This document shows, piece after piece, positions 1-9,480 of a stretch of 64,000 nt of DNA (position 1 is its first letter; every line of letters starts with the position of its first letter). The stretch lies in assembly GCA_041183205.1 (NCBI GenBank), contig JBEGMF010000042.1, positions 4,369 to 68,368 on the forward strand. The letters are read 5' to 3'. Position numbers and translations under genes: made by a program. The notes beneath the pieces are model-generated. The model was not told where the DNA came from. It saw only the letters and a list, made by a program, of their open reading frames with translations, and did no database searches. Source of the stretch: Actinomycetota bacterium. GTDB lineage: Bacteria; Actinomycetota; Acidimicrobiia; Acidimicrobiales; Acidimicrobilacustridaceae.

Positions 1-17
1 GCGGGTAACCTGAGGCC

Positions 18-1634
18 ATGACTGCTCCAGATCTTGCTGCTGCCGCCCGTGTTATCGAACTCGCTCATGGCGTTGTTGATGCGGGAATTCGTTCGGTCGC
101 CCAAAACGGTGGACCGGATGCCAATCAATTACTTGCCTACGACGTGGCCCATGCCGCTTCTGCAGTCGAGACCGGACGCGCCATGTTGACCTACGGCGCC
201 AAGGGCGAACTTGAAGGAAAGATCACCTGCGCTTTCATCGCCGATGCGGTGGGCGAATTGGTGTCGAAAGTTTTCGGACGTGAAAACGAATGGAATGTTG
301 ATGCATCGGTTTTTGATGACGCTCGTCCGTTTGTTTCCACTTATCGCCATCCTGATTTCGTGGCATCGCTCGCCGATACACCTGGCCCGCGCCACCTCGA
401 TTCTGATTTCGAGTTAGTAGCCGATACGTTCCGTCGCTTCGCCGAAGAAAAAATTGCTCCCGTTGCCGAACATATTCATCGTCATAATGACGACATTCCC
501 GAAGACCTCATCAGCGGCTTAGCGGAATTGGGCGGATTCGGACTTTCCGTTCCGGTCGAATACGACGGCTATTCGGAAGGCGGCGAAAGCGAATACATCG
601 GCATGGTGGTAGCCACCGAAGAATTAGCCAAAGTTTCGCTGGGCGCTGGCGGTTCGTTAATCACTCGTCCGGAAATTCTCACGCGTGCCCTGTTGGCTGG
701 AGGCACCGAAGAACAAAAACGCGAATGGCTTCCGAAATTAGCTTCAGCCGAAGCGATGGCGGCCGTTGCCGTTACCGAACCCGACTATGGCTCTGATGTC
801 GCCGGCGTGAAATGTTCAGCCGTGCAGACCGACGGTGGTTGGTTAATCAATGGCGTGAAGACATGGTGCACCTTCGGTGCCCGCGCTGATGTGCTCATGC
901 TTTTGGCCCGCACCAATCCCGATAAGTCACTCACCCACCGCGGATTAACCATGTTCGTCGTTCCGAAGCCACAAGGTTCCGGACATGGTTTCGAATTTGT
1001 TCAAGAAAAAGGTGCTGATGGTGGCGCACCGGGCGGCGGCAAAATGGAAGGCCGCGCCATCGACACCATTGGTTACCGCGGAATGCATTCCTACGAAATC
1101 GCATTTGATAACTGGTTTGTCGCTGATGCCAATCAAGTTGGCGGTGATGACGGTTTAGGTAAAGGCTTCTATTACCAAATGGCCGGTTTCGAAAACGGTC
1201 GTTTACAAACCGCCGCTCGCGCCGTGGGCGTTATGCAAGCGGCCTATGAATCGGCACATCAATACGCGCTTGATCGCGTGGTGTTCGGTCAACCGATTAG
1301 CGAATACCAACTCACCAAAGTGAAGTTGGGTCGCATGGTGTTCCTTATTCAAGCGGCCCGTCAGTTTGGTTACGAGGTGGCCAAACTTATGGCCAAAGGC
1401 CAAGGACAACTCGAAGCCTCAATGGTTAAGGCCTATGTCTGTAAAGCCGCCGAATGGGTCACCCGTGAAGCCATGCAGATTCATGGCGGTTTCGGTTACG
1501 CCGAGGAATACTCGGTGAGTCGTTACTTCGTTGACGCCCGCGTGCTTTCCATCTTTGAAGGTGCCGATGAAACCTTGTGTTTGAAGGTCATCGCCCGCCG
1601 CATGTTGGACGCAGTGAAATCAGGCGAAAACTAA
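18..1634 (+). CDS. mcd: Acyl-CoA dehydrogenase, probably (2S)-methylsuccinyl-CoA dehydrogenase
   Basis: ACAD motifs (TEPDYGSD, GVKTWCT, QIHGGFGYAEEY, IFEGADE). N-terminal extension plus GSLITRPEI, GYRGM and RLQTAARAVGV resemble Mcd. Adjacent to mcl/mcl2. Leaderless -10 TAACCT at 6-11. Confidence 0.75.
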   Translation: MTAPDLAAAARVIELAHGVVDAGIRSVAQNGGPDANQLLAYDVAHAASAVETGRAMLTYGAKGELEGKITCAFIADAVGELVSKVFGRENEWNVDASVFDDARPFVSTYRHPDFVASLADTPGPRHLDSDFELVADTFRRFAEEKIAPVAEHIHRHNDDIPEDLISGLAELGGFGLSVPVEYDGYSEGGESEYIGMVVATEELAKVSLGAGGSLITRPEILTRALLAGGTEEQKREWLPKLASAEAMAAVAVTEPDYGSDVAGVKCSAVQTDGGWLINGVKTWCTFGARADVLMLLARTNPDKSLTHRGLTMFVVPKPQGSGHGFEFVQEKGADGGAPGGGKMEGRAIDTIGYRGMHSYEIAFDNWFVADANQVGGDDGLGKGFYYQMAGFENGRLQTAARAVGVMQAAYESAHQYALDRVVFGQPISEYQLTKVKLGRMVFLIQAARQFGYEVAKLMAKGQGQLEASMVKAYVCKAAEWVTREAMQIHGGFGYAEEYSVSRYFVDARVLSIFEGADETLCLKVIARRMLDAVKSGEN

Positions 1635-2503
1635 CGATTCGCTTCGATTGCCTCTTGGATAGCCAATATCCGCTGGGCGGTTTCAACATGCAGATTTTCA
1701 ATCATGCGACCGTCAACCGTGACGACTCCGCGTCCTTCGGCCTGCGCCGCGGCAAATGCTTCGATTACGCGTCGCGAATGATCGATCTCATCGGCTGACG
1801 GGGCGAAAACGGCATTACAAGGATCTACTTGGCTTGGATGAATAAGCGTCTTGCCATCAAATCCAAATGAACGCGCTTGACGACATTCGTTAGCGAAACC
1901 TTCATCATCTTTAATGTCGTTAAAGACGCCATCCAAAATTGTTTTACCGGCCAAACGCGTGGCCATGATGCAGGTTTGTAATGCGTAGAGCAATGGCGCA
2001 CGACCAGGAACATGTTCGGCGGCCAATTCTTTAACTAAATCGTTCGTGCCCATTACTAAAACGCCTAAACGAGGCGAGGCCGAAGCAATTTCATAAGCAC
2101 TCATAATGGCCATTGGGGTTTCCAACATGGCCCAAAGTTGCATCGTTGCCGGTGCGCCATTTTTTTCTAACGCCGCAACCAATTGCTGCACTTCGGCGGC
2201 CGAGTTCACTTTGGGAACCAACATGGCGGAAGGGCCCGCCGCCGCTACGGCGGCGATATCGGCCTCATGCCATTCGGTGCCGATGCCGTTCACCCGAATT
2301 GCAACTTCTTTTTTGCCGTATTGATGAGCTAACGAACAAACACGATCGCGTGCTTCTGCTTTGGCGTCAGGCGAAACGGCATCTTCCAGATCCAAAATCA
2401 AAGCATCAGCCGGAATATCTTTCGCTTTTTCTAAAGCGCGCTCATTGGCGCCTGGCATATAGAGAACACTGCGGCGGGGTCGATACGTACTCATTGCACT
2501 CAC
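1631..2503 (-). CDS. mcl2: CitE-family CoA ester lyase, probably (3S)-malyl-CoA thioesterase Mcl2
   Basis: [31 protein letters not shown] and [12 protein letters not shown] motifs. Start overlaps the mcl stop. Confidence 0.7.
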   Translation of the reverse strand: MSAMSTYRPRRSVLYMPGANERALEKAKDIPADALILDLEDAVSPDAKAEARDRVCSLAHQYGKKEVAIRVNGIGTEWHEADIAAVAAAGPSAMLVPKVNSAAEVQQLVAALEKNGAPATMQLWAMLETPMAIMSAYEIASASPRLGVLVMGTNDLVKELAAEHVPGRAPLLYALQTCIMATRLAGKTILDGVFNDIKDDEGFANECRQARSFGFDGKTLIHPSQVDPCNAVFAPSADEIDHSRRVIEAFAAAQAEGRGVVTVDGRMIENLHVETAQRILAIQEAIEANR

Positions 2504-3549
2504 ATTCCGTATGCGGCGGCTAATTCCGGATCATCAGCCGCTAATGATCGAGCGAGTTCCACCATCACTCGACATTGTTTTACTGATGCATCGTCTTCCA
2601 TTTTTCCATCCAACATGATGGCGCCCGTGCCATCTCCCATCGCTTCGATAACACGCACCGCGTGCGCAACATCGGCCGGATCGGGACTGAAAACGCGCTT
2701 GGCGATATCAATTTGTACGGGATGCAAACTCCACGCACCGACACAACCTAAAAGGAATGCGTTTCGGAATTGATCTTCGCAAGCGACGGTATCGGCAATA
2801 TCTCCGAATGGTCCGTAGAACGGCAAAATGCCATTGGCGACACAAGCATCAACCATGCGCGCCAAGGTGTAATGCCAAAGATCTTGTTGGTAAATCGATC
2901 GATCGCTTTCGATATTGCCGTCGATCGGATCTTGGCGAACGAGATATCCGGGATGACCACCACCTACGCGGGTGGTTTTCATGCGACGATTCGCCGCCAG
3001 ATCGGCGGGACCCAGCGAGAGACCTTGCATACGCGGACTGGCCGCGCAGATTTCTTCAACATTGGCGACGCCGCGTGCCGTTTCCAAAATGGCGTGCACC
3101 AACAAAGGTTTTTCTAACTTCGCTTTAGCTTCTAACTGCGCCAATAAACGATCGACATAGTGGATGTCTTCAGGACCCTCCACTTTGGGAATCATGATGA
3201 CATCAAGTTTGTCGCCGATAGCGGGAACGATTTCGCAGAGGTCGTCGAGACCCCAAGGCGAATCCAATGAATTAACGCGAGTCCAAAATTGGGTTTTACC
3301 GAATGAAAATTCACGCCCAACCTTAAGAAGTCCTTGACGAGCCGCTTCTTTATCTGTAGCCGGAACACCGTCTTCGAGATTTCCCAAAATCACATCGACT
3401 TTCGGAATGATGGTGTCGAGTTTGCTCACCATCTTTTCGTTCGAGGGCGGAAAGAAGTGAATCATCCGTGCCGGCTTTACGGGAATTTCGCGCAAAGGCT
3501 GCGGTGCCCCGACGGCTAATGGTCGAAAGAAATCCTTGGGATTACGCAT
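2500..3549 (-). CDS. mcl: Malyl-CoA/beta-methylmalyl-CoA/citramalyl-CoA lyase (Chloroflexus-type Mcl)
   Basis: N-terminus [48 protein letters not shown] and GKMEDDA match the Chloroflexus-type Mcl. Confidence 0.85.
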   Translation of the reverse strand: MRNPKDFFRPLAVGAPQPLREIPVKPARMIHFFPPSNEKMVSKLDTIIPKVDVILGNLEDGVPATDKEAARQGLLKVGREFSFGKTQFWTRVNSLDSPWGLDDLCEIVPAIGDKLDVIMIPKVEGPEDIHYVDRLLAQLEAKAKLEKPLLVHAILETARGVANVEEICAASPRMQGLSLGPADLAANRRMKTTRVGGGHPGYLVRQDPIDGNIESDRSIYQQDLWHYTLARMVDACVANGILPFYGPFGDIADTVACEDQFRNAFLLGCVGAWSLHPVQIDIAKRVFSPDPADVAHAVRVIEAMGDGTGAIMLDGKMEDDASVKQCRVMVELARSLAADDPELAAAYGM

Positions 3550-3579
3550 AGTGCCAACCTACCGCACGGAAACAAAGAT

Positions 3580-4794
3580 TCAGGCGGCTAAGTCGGCAGG
3601 AACGAGTTGATCGGTAAGTAAGCGCCGGAATTTCTCTGGTTCACCATTTACATAGGAGCGACAAAGCGGGAATCCCTCGACATAGCAAGAAATGTACGTA
3701 CCCCAGACCGGTGACGTGAGGAACTCGACCGCCTTTTCGGCGCGGGCTGAATTCATAAGTCCCCATTTCATTAAATAGGGCACAACTTCGGCCGCCGGTC
3801 GTCCATCTTGGTGGAGCATCCATGCCGCATTCGCGCGCACCGCATCGATTGCACCGCTGGCTTGTCGCACGTTGGCCGCCATATCGGCGTCGTAAGCAAC
3901 GCCATAACTTTGCAAATGCTCGCTCACAACATGATCTGATGACACGCCGGTTCCTAAGAGAATCTCCAAACCTAAGTCAGCGAGACCTTCGGCTAGCAAA
4001 CATTGCGGCGTGCCGACGCAGAAGATTGATTCCTCCATCCAATTGTTTTTGCGCACCAAACCAACTTCTTTGCGCGTGTGCTCCGTATGGTGACCGGGAT
4101 AGGCCTCATGAGCAATGAGATGACCTAACGACGTGGCCAACACGGGCAAGTCAATATTGATAGCGACCCGCGACTGCAGATTTCCTTCGTAATAGTTGAA
4201 ACCCGACCAGGGCTGGTTAGTGGCGAATTCCCAATTGATATGTTCGCCATCCGGCAGCCCAAACATTGATTGCGTTCGGGAACGAAAATCTTCGGCAATT
4301 GATTGCACGATGGATGAGAGTTTTTCGCGCTCAACGGCTTGTTCTTCTTTCCAAAGAATCATGCGCTCGCGTAAATCGCCATCGCCCGGCAAAACTTCAT
4401 CGAGCAGTCGATGGGCCGAGGCAAATACTTCTTCATCACGCCAAGTGGGCATCACGCCATAACAGCGCTCTACTTCTTGGCGATACTCAATGTTCGCTCC
4501 AGACAATTTTTGACATGTCGTGAGAAGACCAATTGCTTGCGCCCGCAGCCAACGACGTCGCTCGGGAGAAAGTTCCGCCGCGTCTTCGGCATTATCTAAT
4601 TGCGTGAGCAATTCCTTTGCTTCTTTTTCGAGTTCCGCCGGCGAACGGAGAGATTCTTTTTGCACGCGATCCGAAAATGTCGCCGGACCGTAATAGGCGT
4701 CAACGAATCCATCTATATGTCGTCCGATACGAAGACCCAGCAGCAAATAGTTTTCGACGATCAACGAAATCCTCACCTCATTGCCATGAAACAA
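3580..4794 (-). CDS. DUF885-like putative metallopeptidase
   Basis: HEAYPGHH motif followed by AEGLA, typical of DUF885-type zincins. Start uncertain. Confidence 0.6.
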   Translation of the reverse strand: MFHGNEVRISLIVENYLLLGLRIGRHIDGFVDAYYGPATFSDRVQKESLRSPAELEKEAKELLTQLDNAEDAAELSPERRRWLRAQAIGLLTTCQKLSGANIEYRQEVERCYGVMPTWRDEEVFASAHRLLDEVLPGDGDLRERMILWKEEQAVEREKLSSIVQSIAEDFRSRTQSMFGLPDGEHINWEFATNQPWSGFNYYEGNLQSRVAINIDLPVLATSLGHLIAHEAYPGHHTEHTRKEVGLVRKNNWMEESIFCVGTPQCLLAEGLADLGLEILLGTGVSSDHVVSEHLQSYGVAYDADMAANVRQASGAIDAVRANAAWMLHQDGRPAAEVVPYLMKWGLMNSARAEKAVEFLTSPVWGTYISCYVEGFPLCRSYVNGEPEKFRRLLTDQLVPADLAA

Positions 4795-4802
4795 CGGCGT
4801 GC

Positions 4803-5603
4803 TTAAAGGATATTTCCCTTAAATAATTCAGGTGCGACCGGACAATCGATTCGTTTAATTGCATCTTCGACCGATTGCGCACCCCGCGGTCCAATTACTT
4901 GATCCACCAACGAAAGAGGAAGTACTTCCGTGTCGTGTTCCCATGGATCATCGACGATGATCATTTGTTGCAGCGGTTCCCACATTCGCTGCGGTAAGAA
5001 ACGCCCCACACCGGCGGCGCACCACACCGGAATGTCCTTCGTTTTTGCGACCGCCGCGGCCGCATACGAACCAGATACCGCCAAAATTTCCGCCGGCGAA
5101 ACCACTTCCGCTTCTAAAACTACGAGATCGGCTTCATTCACTGCCGCCGCCAAACCGGCCACCGGAACATCATGAGCATTGATATCGGCGTTTAATAAAT
5201 CCAATACCGCTCCCCCGCCTTCGTTATGAACATCAACGACAAGAACTTCTAAATCACCCCGTCGTCGTAATGCTTCAGAAGCGAATTCAGGCCAACCCAA
5301 AATCACGATCGTGGCGTCATCGGGTAAACAAAAAGAAAGTTCGCGATTTGTCGTGTCATTTTCTAAATCAGATAACGCGGCGCGAATTTCGGCGCGCGGA
5401 TCACCGGAACAAAGAACACGCGCACAGAGCCATACCAACGGGGCTGAAGTTGGTTGCCGTGACACCATTCGCCGACAGGCGGTCACTAACCCTTGAGGAT
5501 CGCCGGCAAACGATGCCAAAGCATGCGCGGCTTCCGACACGATGACATGCTGCGGATAACCGTTAGCGCGGGCTACATACCGAAGTCGCTCAATGGGGTG
5601 CAC
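4803..5603 (-). CDS. Hypothetical protein, eIF-2B alpha/beta/delta / NagB-RpiA-like fold
   Basis: Helical N-terminus plus ADLVVLEAE...SGSYAAAAVA...IPVW...DQVIGPRG resembling the IF-2B C-terminal domain. Leaderless -10 TAGGGT. Confidence 0.5.
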   Translation of the reverse strand: MHPIERLRYVARANGYPQHVIVSEAAHALASFAGDPQGLVTACRRMVSRQPTSAPLVWLCARVLCSGDPRAEIRAALSDLENDTTNRELSFCLPDDATIVILGWPEFASEALRRRGDLEVLVVDVHNEGGGAVLDLLNADINAHDVPVAGLAAAVNEADLVVLEAEVVSPAEILAVSGSYAAAAVAKTKDIPVWCAAGVGRFLPQRMWEPLQQMIIVDDPWEHDTEVLPLSLVDQVIGPRGAQSVEDAIKRIDCPVAPELFKGNIL

Positions 5604-5689
5604 ACCGAGACCCTAGCGAGGGATCGAGATTTTGGCGCAACGGGCGAGCGCTACGCCACTATGCAAATGAACAATTCCTCAGAATTGAG

Positions 5690-6133
5690 TTAGAGGCCTG
5701 GCTTCCAGATCATCAAAATGATGGTGACAATCAAGATGAGGTGAAGGACGCCGGTGCTAGCCATCACTTGACCGCGTGCGGCGGTATCGCCAGCAATCCA
5801 CTTCTTTAATGCCGGACGAGCAACAAACAAAATGTCGAGCAACGCCACTACCCACAAAATGGCGGCGATGGAAAGCCAAGTTTGTGAAACCGAGTAGACC
5901 TTGTCGCTCATACCGGCCAAACCGAATCCAATAAAGCCGGCAATGCCGATACCGGGAAGGGCATAACGAAGGAGAGTCTTTTCTAAAGCGTCAGCAGCGG
6001 CGGTTTGTCCGTTCGCCGAAAGTCGCATCAGCACTGGTGTGAAAAACGCAGGGGCAAAACCGACGACGACCGCCACAATATGAATGAGCAACATGACGTT
6101 GTAGGCGCCGCTACCGATTTCTGCCAGAACCAT
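5690..6133 (-). CDS. Four-TM membrane protein, DUF2269-like
   Basis: LLIHI..V N-terminus, IMIWKPG C-terminus, four hydrophobic helices. ATG at 6133 chosen as start. Confidence 0.65.
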   Translation of the reverse strand: MVLAEIGSGAYNVMLLIHIVAVVVGFAPAFFTPVLMRLSANGQTAAADALEKTLLRYALPGIGIAGFIGFGLAGMSDKVYSVSQTWLSIAAILWVVALLDILFVARPALKKWIAGDTAARGQVMASTGVLHLILIVTIILMIWKPGL

Positions 6134-6211
6134 GGGAACTCCCGCGTTTGTGGGCAAGAATTTTTGCCCGTATTCACTTTCGTCAATCTACCCGCGATAG
6201 CGTCTCTGATC

Positions 6212-6694
6212 GTGACAAGCGCAGTGCAACCAGACGTGACCCTTACTCCACTTAAAGGCGAAGGCCGACCGATCACTGAATGGACCACAAACTTCCATTT
6301 GGCCATCGTTGCCGTTGATCCCTACACCTTGGAGTCTTCGTGGATTCTCGATACGGCACGCCGCATCCTGAATCACTTTCAAGAGGCGGATATCCGCGTG
6401 GCTTTAATGGTCACGGCATCGGCTGCTGACACCGCCACATACCTCGGACCATTAGTGAACGAGTTCTTAGTGTTTATCGATGAAGATCGCGCGGCGGTAA
6501 AAGCATTTGGTCTTTCACAACTGCCCGCCTTCGTTCATATCAATCAAGCCAATCAAGTTGAAGTTTCCGCTGAAGGCTGGGATCCAGCGCAATGGGAAAT
6601 CGTGGCCAACAATATTTCCGATCGTATGGATTGGACTCGTCCGGAAATTCCCGCCGTTGGTGATCCATCACCATTCGCCGGCACTTCCATTTAA
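6212..6694 (+). CDS. Thioredoxin/AhpC-TSA-like fold hypothetical protein without cysteines
   Basis: beta-alpha pattern with D.D...VKAFGL..LPAFVHI (cis-Pro strand). GTG at 6212 follows -10 TAGCGT. Confidence 0.5.
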   Translation: MTSAVQPDVTLTPLKGEGRPITEWTTNFHLAIVAVDPYTLESSWILDTARRILNHFQEADIRVALMVTASAADTATYLGPLVNEFLVFIDEDRAAVKAFGLSQLPAFVHINQANQVEVSAEGWDPAQWEIVANNISDRMDWTRPEIPAVGDPSPFAGTSI

Positions 6695-6716
6695 TTAAAG
6701 GCGTTGCGCCGCGTTT

Positions 6717-8393
6717 TTATTTAGCAGCGGCTAACCAAATTTGCGCTAACGAAACTGTTGCTTGTTCTTGTCCTAGCGCGTCGGAGCCTTCACCCGATTT
6801 CCACGCCGTGACATCGCGTACGCGGGCCGAACTAAACGCGGCCTCGCGTAATTGCAGCATCACGACATAAGGATGATCAACCGCAATTTGTTCCTGCACT
6901 ATGCGCCAACTATCACCTTGTCGTAGCAAATCGTTTGTTGCTCGCGCTTCGGCATAGGCCCGATTAACCAAAGTGTTGACATAGCGTGTCACATTGGGGC
7001 TTACGGCCGGCTTTTCGTTCAAACTGCCCACCAAATTTGGTTCATAAAGATCTGGCGTTGGACTTTGGAATCCCACTTGCAACACTGCTTGGTACTGACC
7101 AGTTAATTGCAGAATGCCGATTTCACCATCGGAAGGAGAAGCCAAGACGATGGTGATTCCTGCCGCCGCTAACTGCACTCGCCACAGTGATGCAATACGC
7201 GCTTGAGTGGGATCGGGAGGCACTAACAAAATGAATTGCAGCGGCGTGCCCGTTTCATCTTCATAGTTTCTGGCTTCTTCAGTCGCCTTTTGCACATCGA
7301 AGGCATAACCACCCGCATCGGTGAACCAAGGCGATGTATCGCTCACAATGCCGCGAGCAATTCGTCCTTCACCATAAATACCTTCATTCAAAAGTTGTTC
7401 GCGGTTCGTGGCATAAGCGACCGCGCGGCGAGCCGAAATTCGATCAAATGGCGGTCGTCCGGTATTCAATGCCGCAAAAAGTTTCGGACGTTCTTCGTTG
7501 CGGTCTTCATGAACTGCGTACTTTGAGTTCTTCGCCAGTTCATCCATCCGCCGCAACTGACCCGGATCATTGACAACGGTGAAATCGGCCGACCCATCTT
7601 CAACGGCAGTGAGACGCAATGCCGGATCTTCGATGGCAACGAAACGAACCCCATCAAGATACGGCAATCCTGTTTTCCAATAGTTCTCGTTACGAACGGC
7701 GCTCAAACTTCCGGACAGATCAAACCCATTGGCGCGAAATGCGCCCGTGCCGATGGCCGGACCACCCATAAGAGTTGTGGGCGAAGCAATGAAACCAATT
7801 TGCGTGGTCAAAACTTCTGGGAACGTAGACCACGGGGAAAGCAAAGAAACTTGCACGGTCAATTCATCAGTGGCGGTTACCGAGGCTACGGAGCGCAACA
7901 AACTTTCCCCAACCACGCTGCGTCGCTGCGCTTCGAGATTGGCCACCACACTTTGAGCTGTCAGCGGCGTTCCATCGTGGAATTCAACATCAGGACGGAT
8001 TTTCAATGTCCATAACGTGTTATTCGCCGAGGCTGAAATTTTGGTCAGCAACTCAACCGCTGGCTGGTCCGATGTAGAACGCACCATTAGTCGGTCATAA
8101 ATGGCGCGACCAATCTGCAATTCCGAACCATTCCAGCGACGCGCCGTCGGAGATAATTGAATATCCCCTGCCGCAATTGCCACCGACAACGTTCCACCTC
8201 GCACCGGTTCATTGCGTGGAACAACCGAACCTTCAGTGACGTTCGTAGGATCTGGCGGGGTGGCTGTTGTGGTTGAACAGGCTGACGCTATGACCACCAT
8301 AAACAACGAGAGAACCAATAGAGATGCTCTCCAAGCCGAGGATCGTGGCGCAGCCGCACTTTTAGACTTCAGCGTTCTGTTCCAAATCGGCAC
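6717..8393 (-). CDS. ABC transporter substrate-binding lipoprotein (family 5, peptide/nickel type)
   Basis: Lipobox IASAC, GGTL, IRPDVEFHDGTPLTA, IGTGAF, RNENYW, PYLD motifs. Confidence 0.9.
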   Translation of the reverse strand: MPIWNRTLKSKSAAAPRSSAWRASLLVLSLFMVVIASACSTTTATPPDPTNVTEGSVVPRNEPVRGGTLSVAIAAGDIQLSPTARRWNGSELQIGRAIYDRLMVRSTSDQPAVELLTKISASANNTLWTLKIRPDVEFHDGTPLTAQSVVANLEAQRRSVVGESLLRSVASVTATDELTVQVSLLSPWSTFPEVLTTQIGFIASPTTLMGGPAIGTGAFRANGFDLSGSLSAVRNENYWKTGLPYLDGVRFVAIEDPALRLTAVEDGSADFTVVNDPGQLRRMDELAKNSKYAVHEDRNEERPKLFAALNTGRPPFDRISARRAVAYATNREQLLNEGIYGEGRIARGIVSDTSPWFTDAGGYAFDVQKATEEARNYEDETGTPLQFILLVPPDPTQARIASLWRVQLAAAGITIVLASPSDGEIGILQLTGQYQAVLQVGFQSPTPDLYEPNLVGSLNEKPAVSPNVTRYVNTLVNRAYAEARATNDLLRQGDSWRIVQEQIAVDHPYVVMLQLREAAFSSARVRDVTAWKSGEGSDALGQEQATVSLAQIWLAAAK

Positions 8394-8501
8394 GCCGACA
8401 TGCTAGGCGAGGCGTGTTCGCGAAGGTATTCACCGGAAGTTTCTTGCGTTGTTATGCGCACGGAACAGAGTCACCAGCGTTATTTGTGGTGAACTACGCC
8501 A

Positions 8502-9398
8502 ATGAACTTGAAAGTTCGCATCGGTTTTGGTCTCGGCGCTGCCGCATCAAGTGACGCGTCGCGGTTTTTGCATATCGTCGATCGCGGCGAGCAACTTGGC
8601 TTTGATTCTCTTTGGATGTCGGAACGGATTTCTGCCACTACTCCCGATCCGATGATTGCGTTGGCCATTGCGGCGGGGCGTACAACAAAAATGAAAATAG
8701 GAACATCCGTAATTGTTTTGCCAGGACGCAATCCAGTGTTGCTAGCCAAAGAAATGGCGACACTTGATGTTCTTTCGAATGGACGATTTCTTCCCGGCGT
8801 TGGACTCGGCGCAATTGATCCTGTCGAACAACAAGCATTTGGTGTTGAACGCAAACAGCGCGGCGCCATGCACGATGAAGCCCTCAAAGTGATGCGCCTT
8901 TGCTGGAAGGGCGAACCGTTTTCTTTCCATGGTCAGTTCTTTCATTACGACGATGTCTGCGTGTTGCCCAAACCACAACAACCCACATTCGACGTCTGGC
9001 TGGGCGGCATTGCCGAAAGTGAATTACGCCGAGTTGGCCGCATGGGCGATGGATGGATGCCGTCGTTTTGTTCGCCCGAAGATGTCGCTCATGGAATCGA
9101 CGTCATCACCGCGGTCGCGGCACAAGAAAATCGATCAATCGACCCCGAGCATTACGGCGTCTTAGTCGCCTATTGCGATACCGAGTTGCCACCCCGAATT
9201 ACCGAATCAATTCAACGGCGCCGGCCAGGAGTGGATCCACATTCGGTTATCCCCCGCCGCAAGGATCTCGGCCAATTAATCAACGAATTCATCAGCGCCG
9301 GTGCTTCGAAATTTATTGTGGTTCCCTTAAACGCCTCTTTTGATCCCGATGCCGAACTCGGCCAATTAGCCGAACAGTTGCTCCCCTTAGAGACATAA
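8502..9398 (+). CDS. LLM-class (probably F420-dependent) oxidoreductase
   Basis: GFDSLWMSER, LPGRNPVLLAKEMATLDVLSNGR, PKPQQ and WLGG...GDGW motifs. Confidence 0.85.
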   Translation: MNLKVRIGFGLGAAASSDASRFLHIVDRGEQLGFDSLWMSERISATTPDPMIALAIAAGRTTKMKIGTSVIVLPGRNPVLLAKEMATLDVLSNGRFLPGVGLGAIDPVEQQAFGVERKQRGAMHDEALKVMRLCWKGEPFSFHGQFFHYDDVCVLPKPQQPTFDVWLGGIAESELRRVGRMGDGWMPSFCSPEDVAHGIDVITAVAAQENRSIDPEHYGVLVAYCDTELPPRITESIQRRRPGVDPHSVIPRRKDLGQLINEFISAGASKFIVVPLNASFDPDAELGQLAEQLLPLET

Positions 9399-9480
9399 CT
9401 TCCTGCGCCGAAATGCAGGTCGGCTAACGCAATGTCCTCATTAGGTGGCTAGCCTCACCACAGCAACTTTGGGAGGAAAA

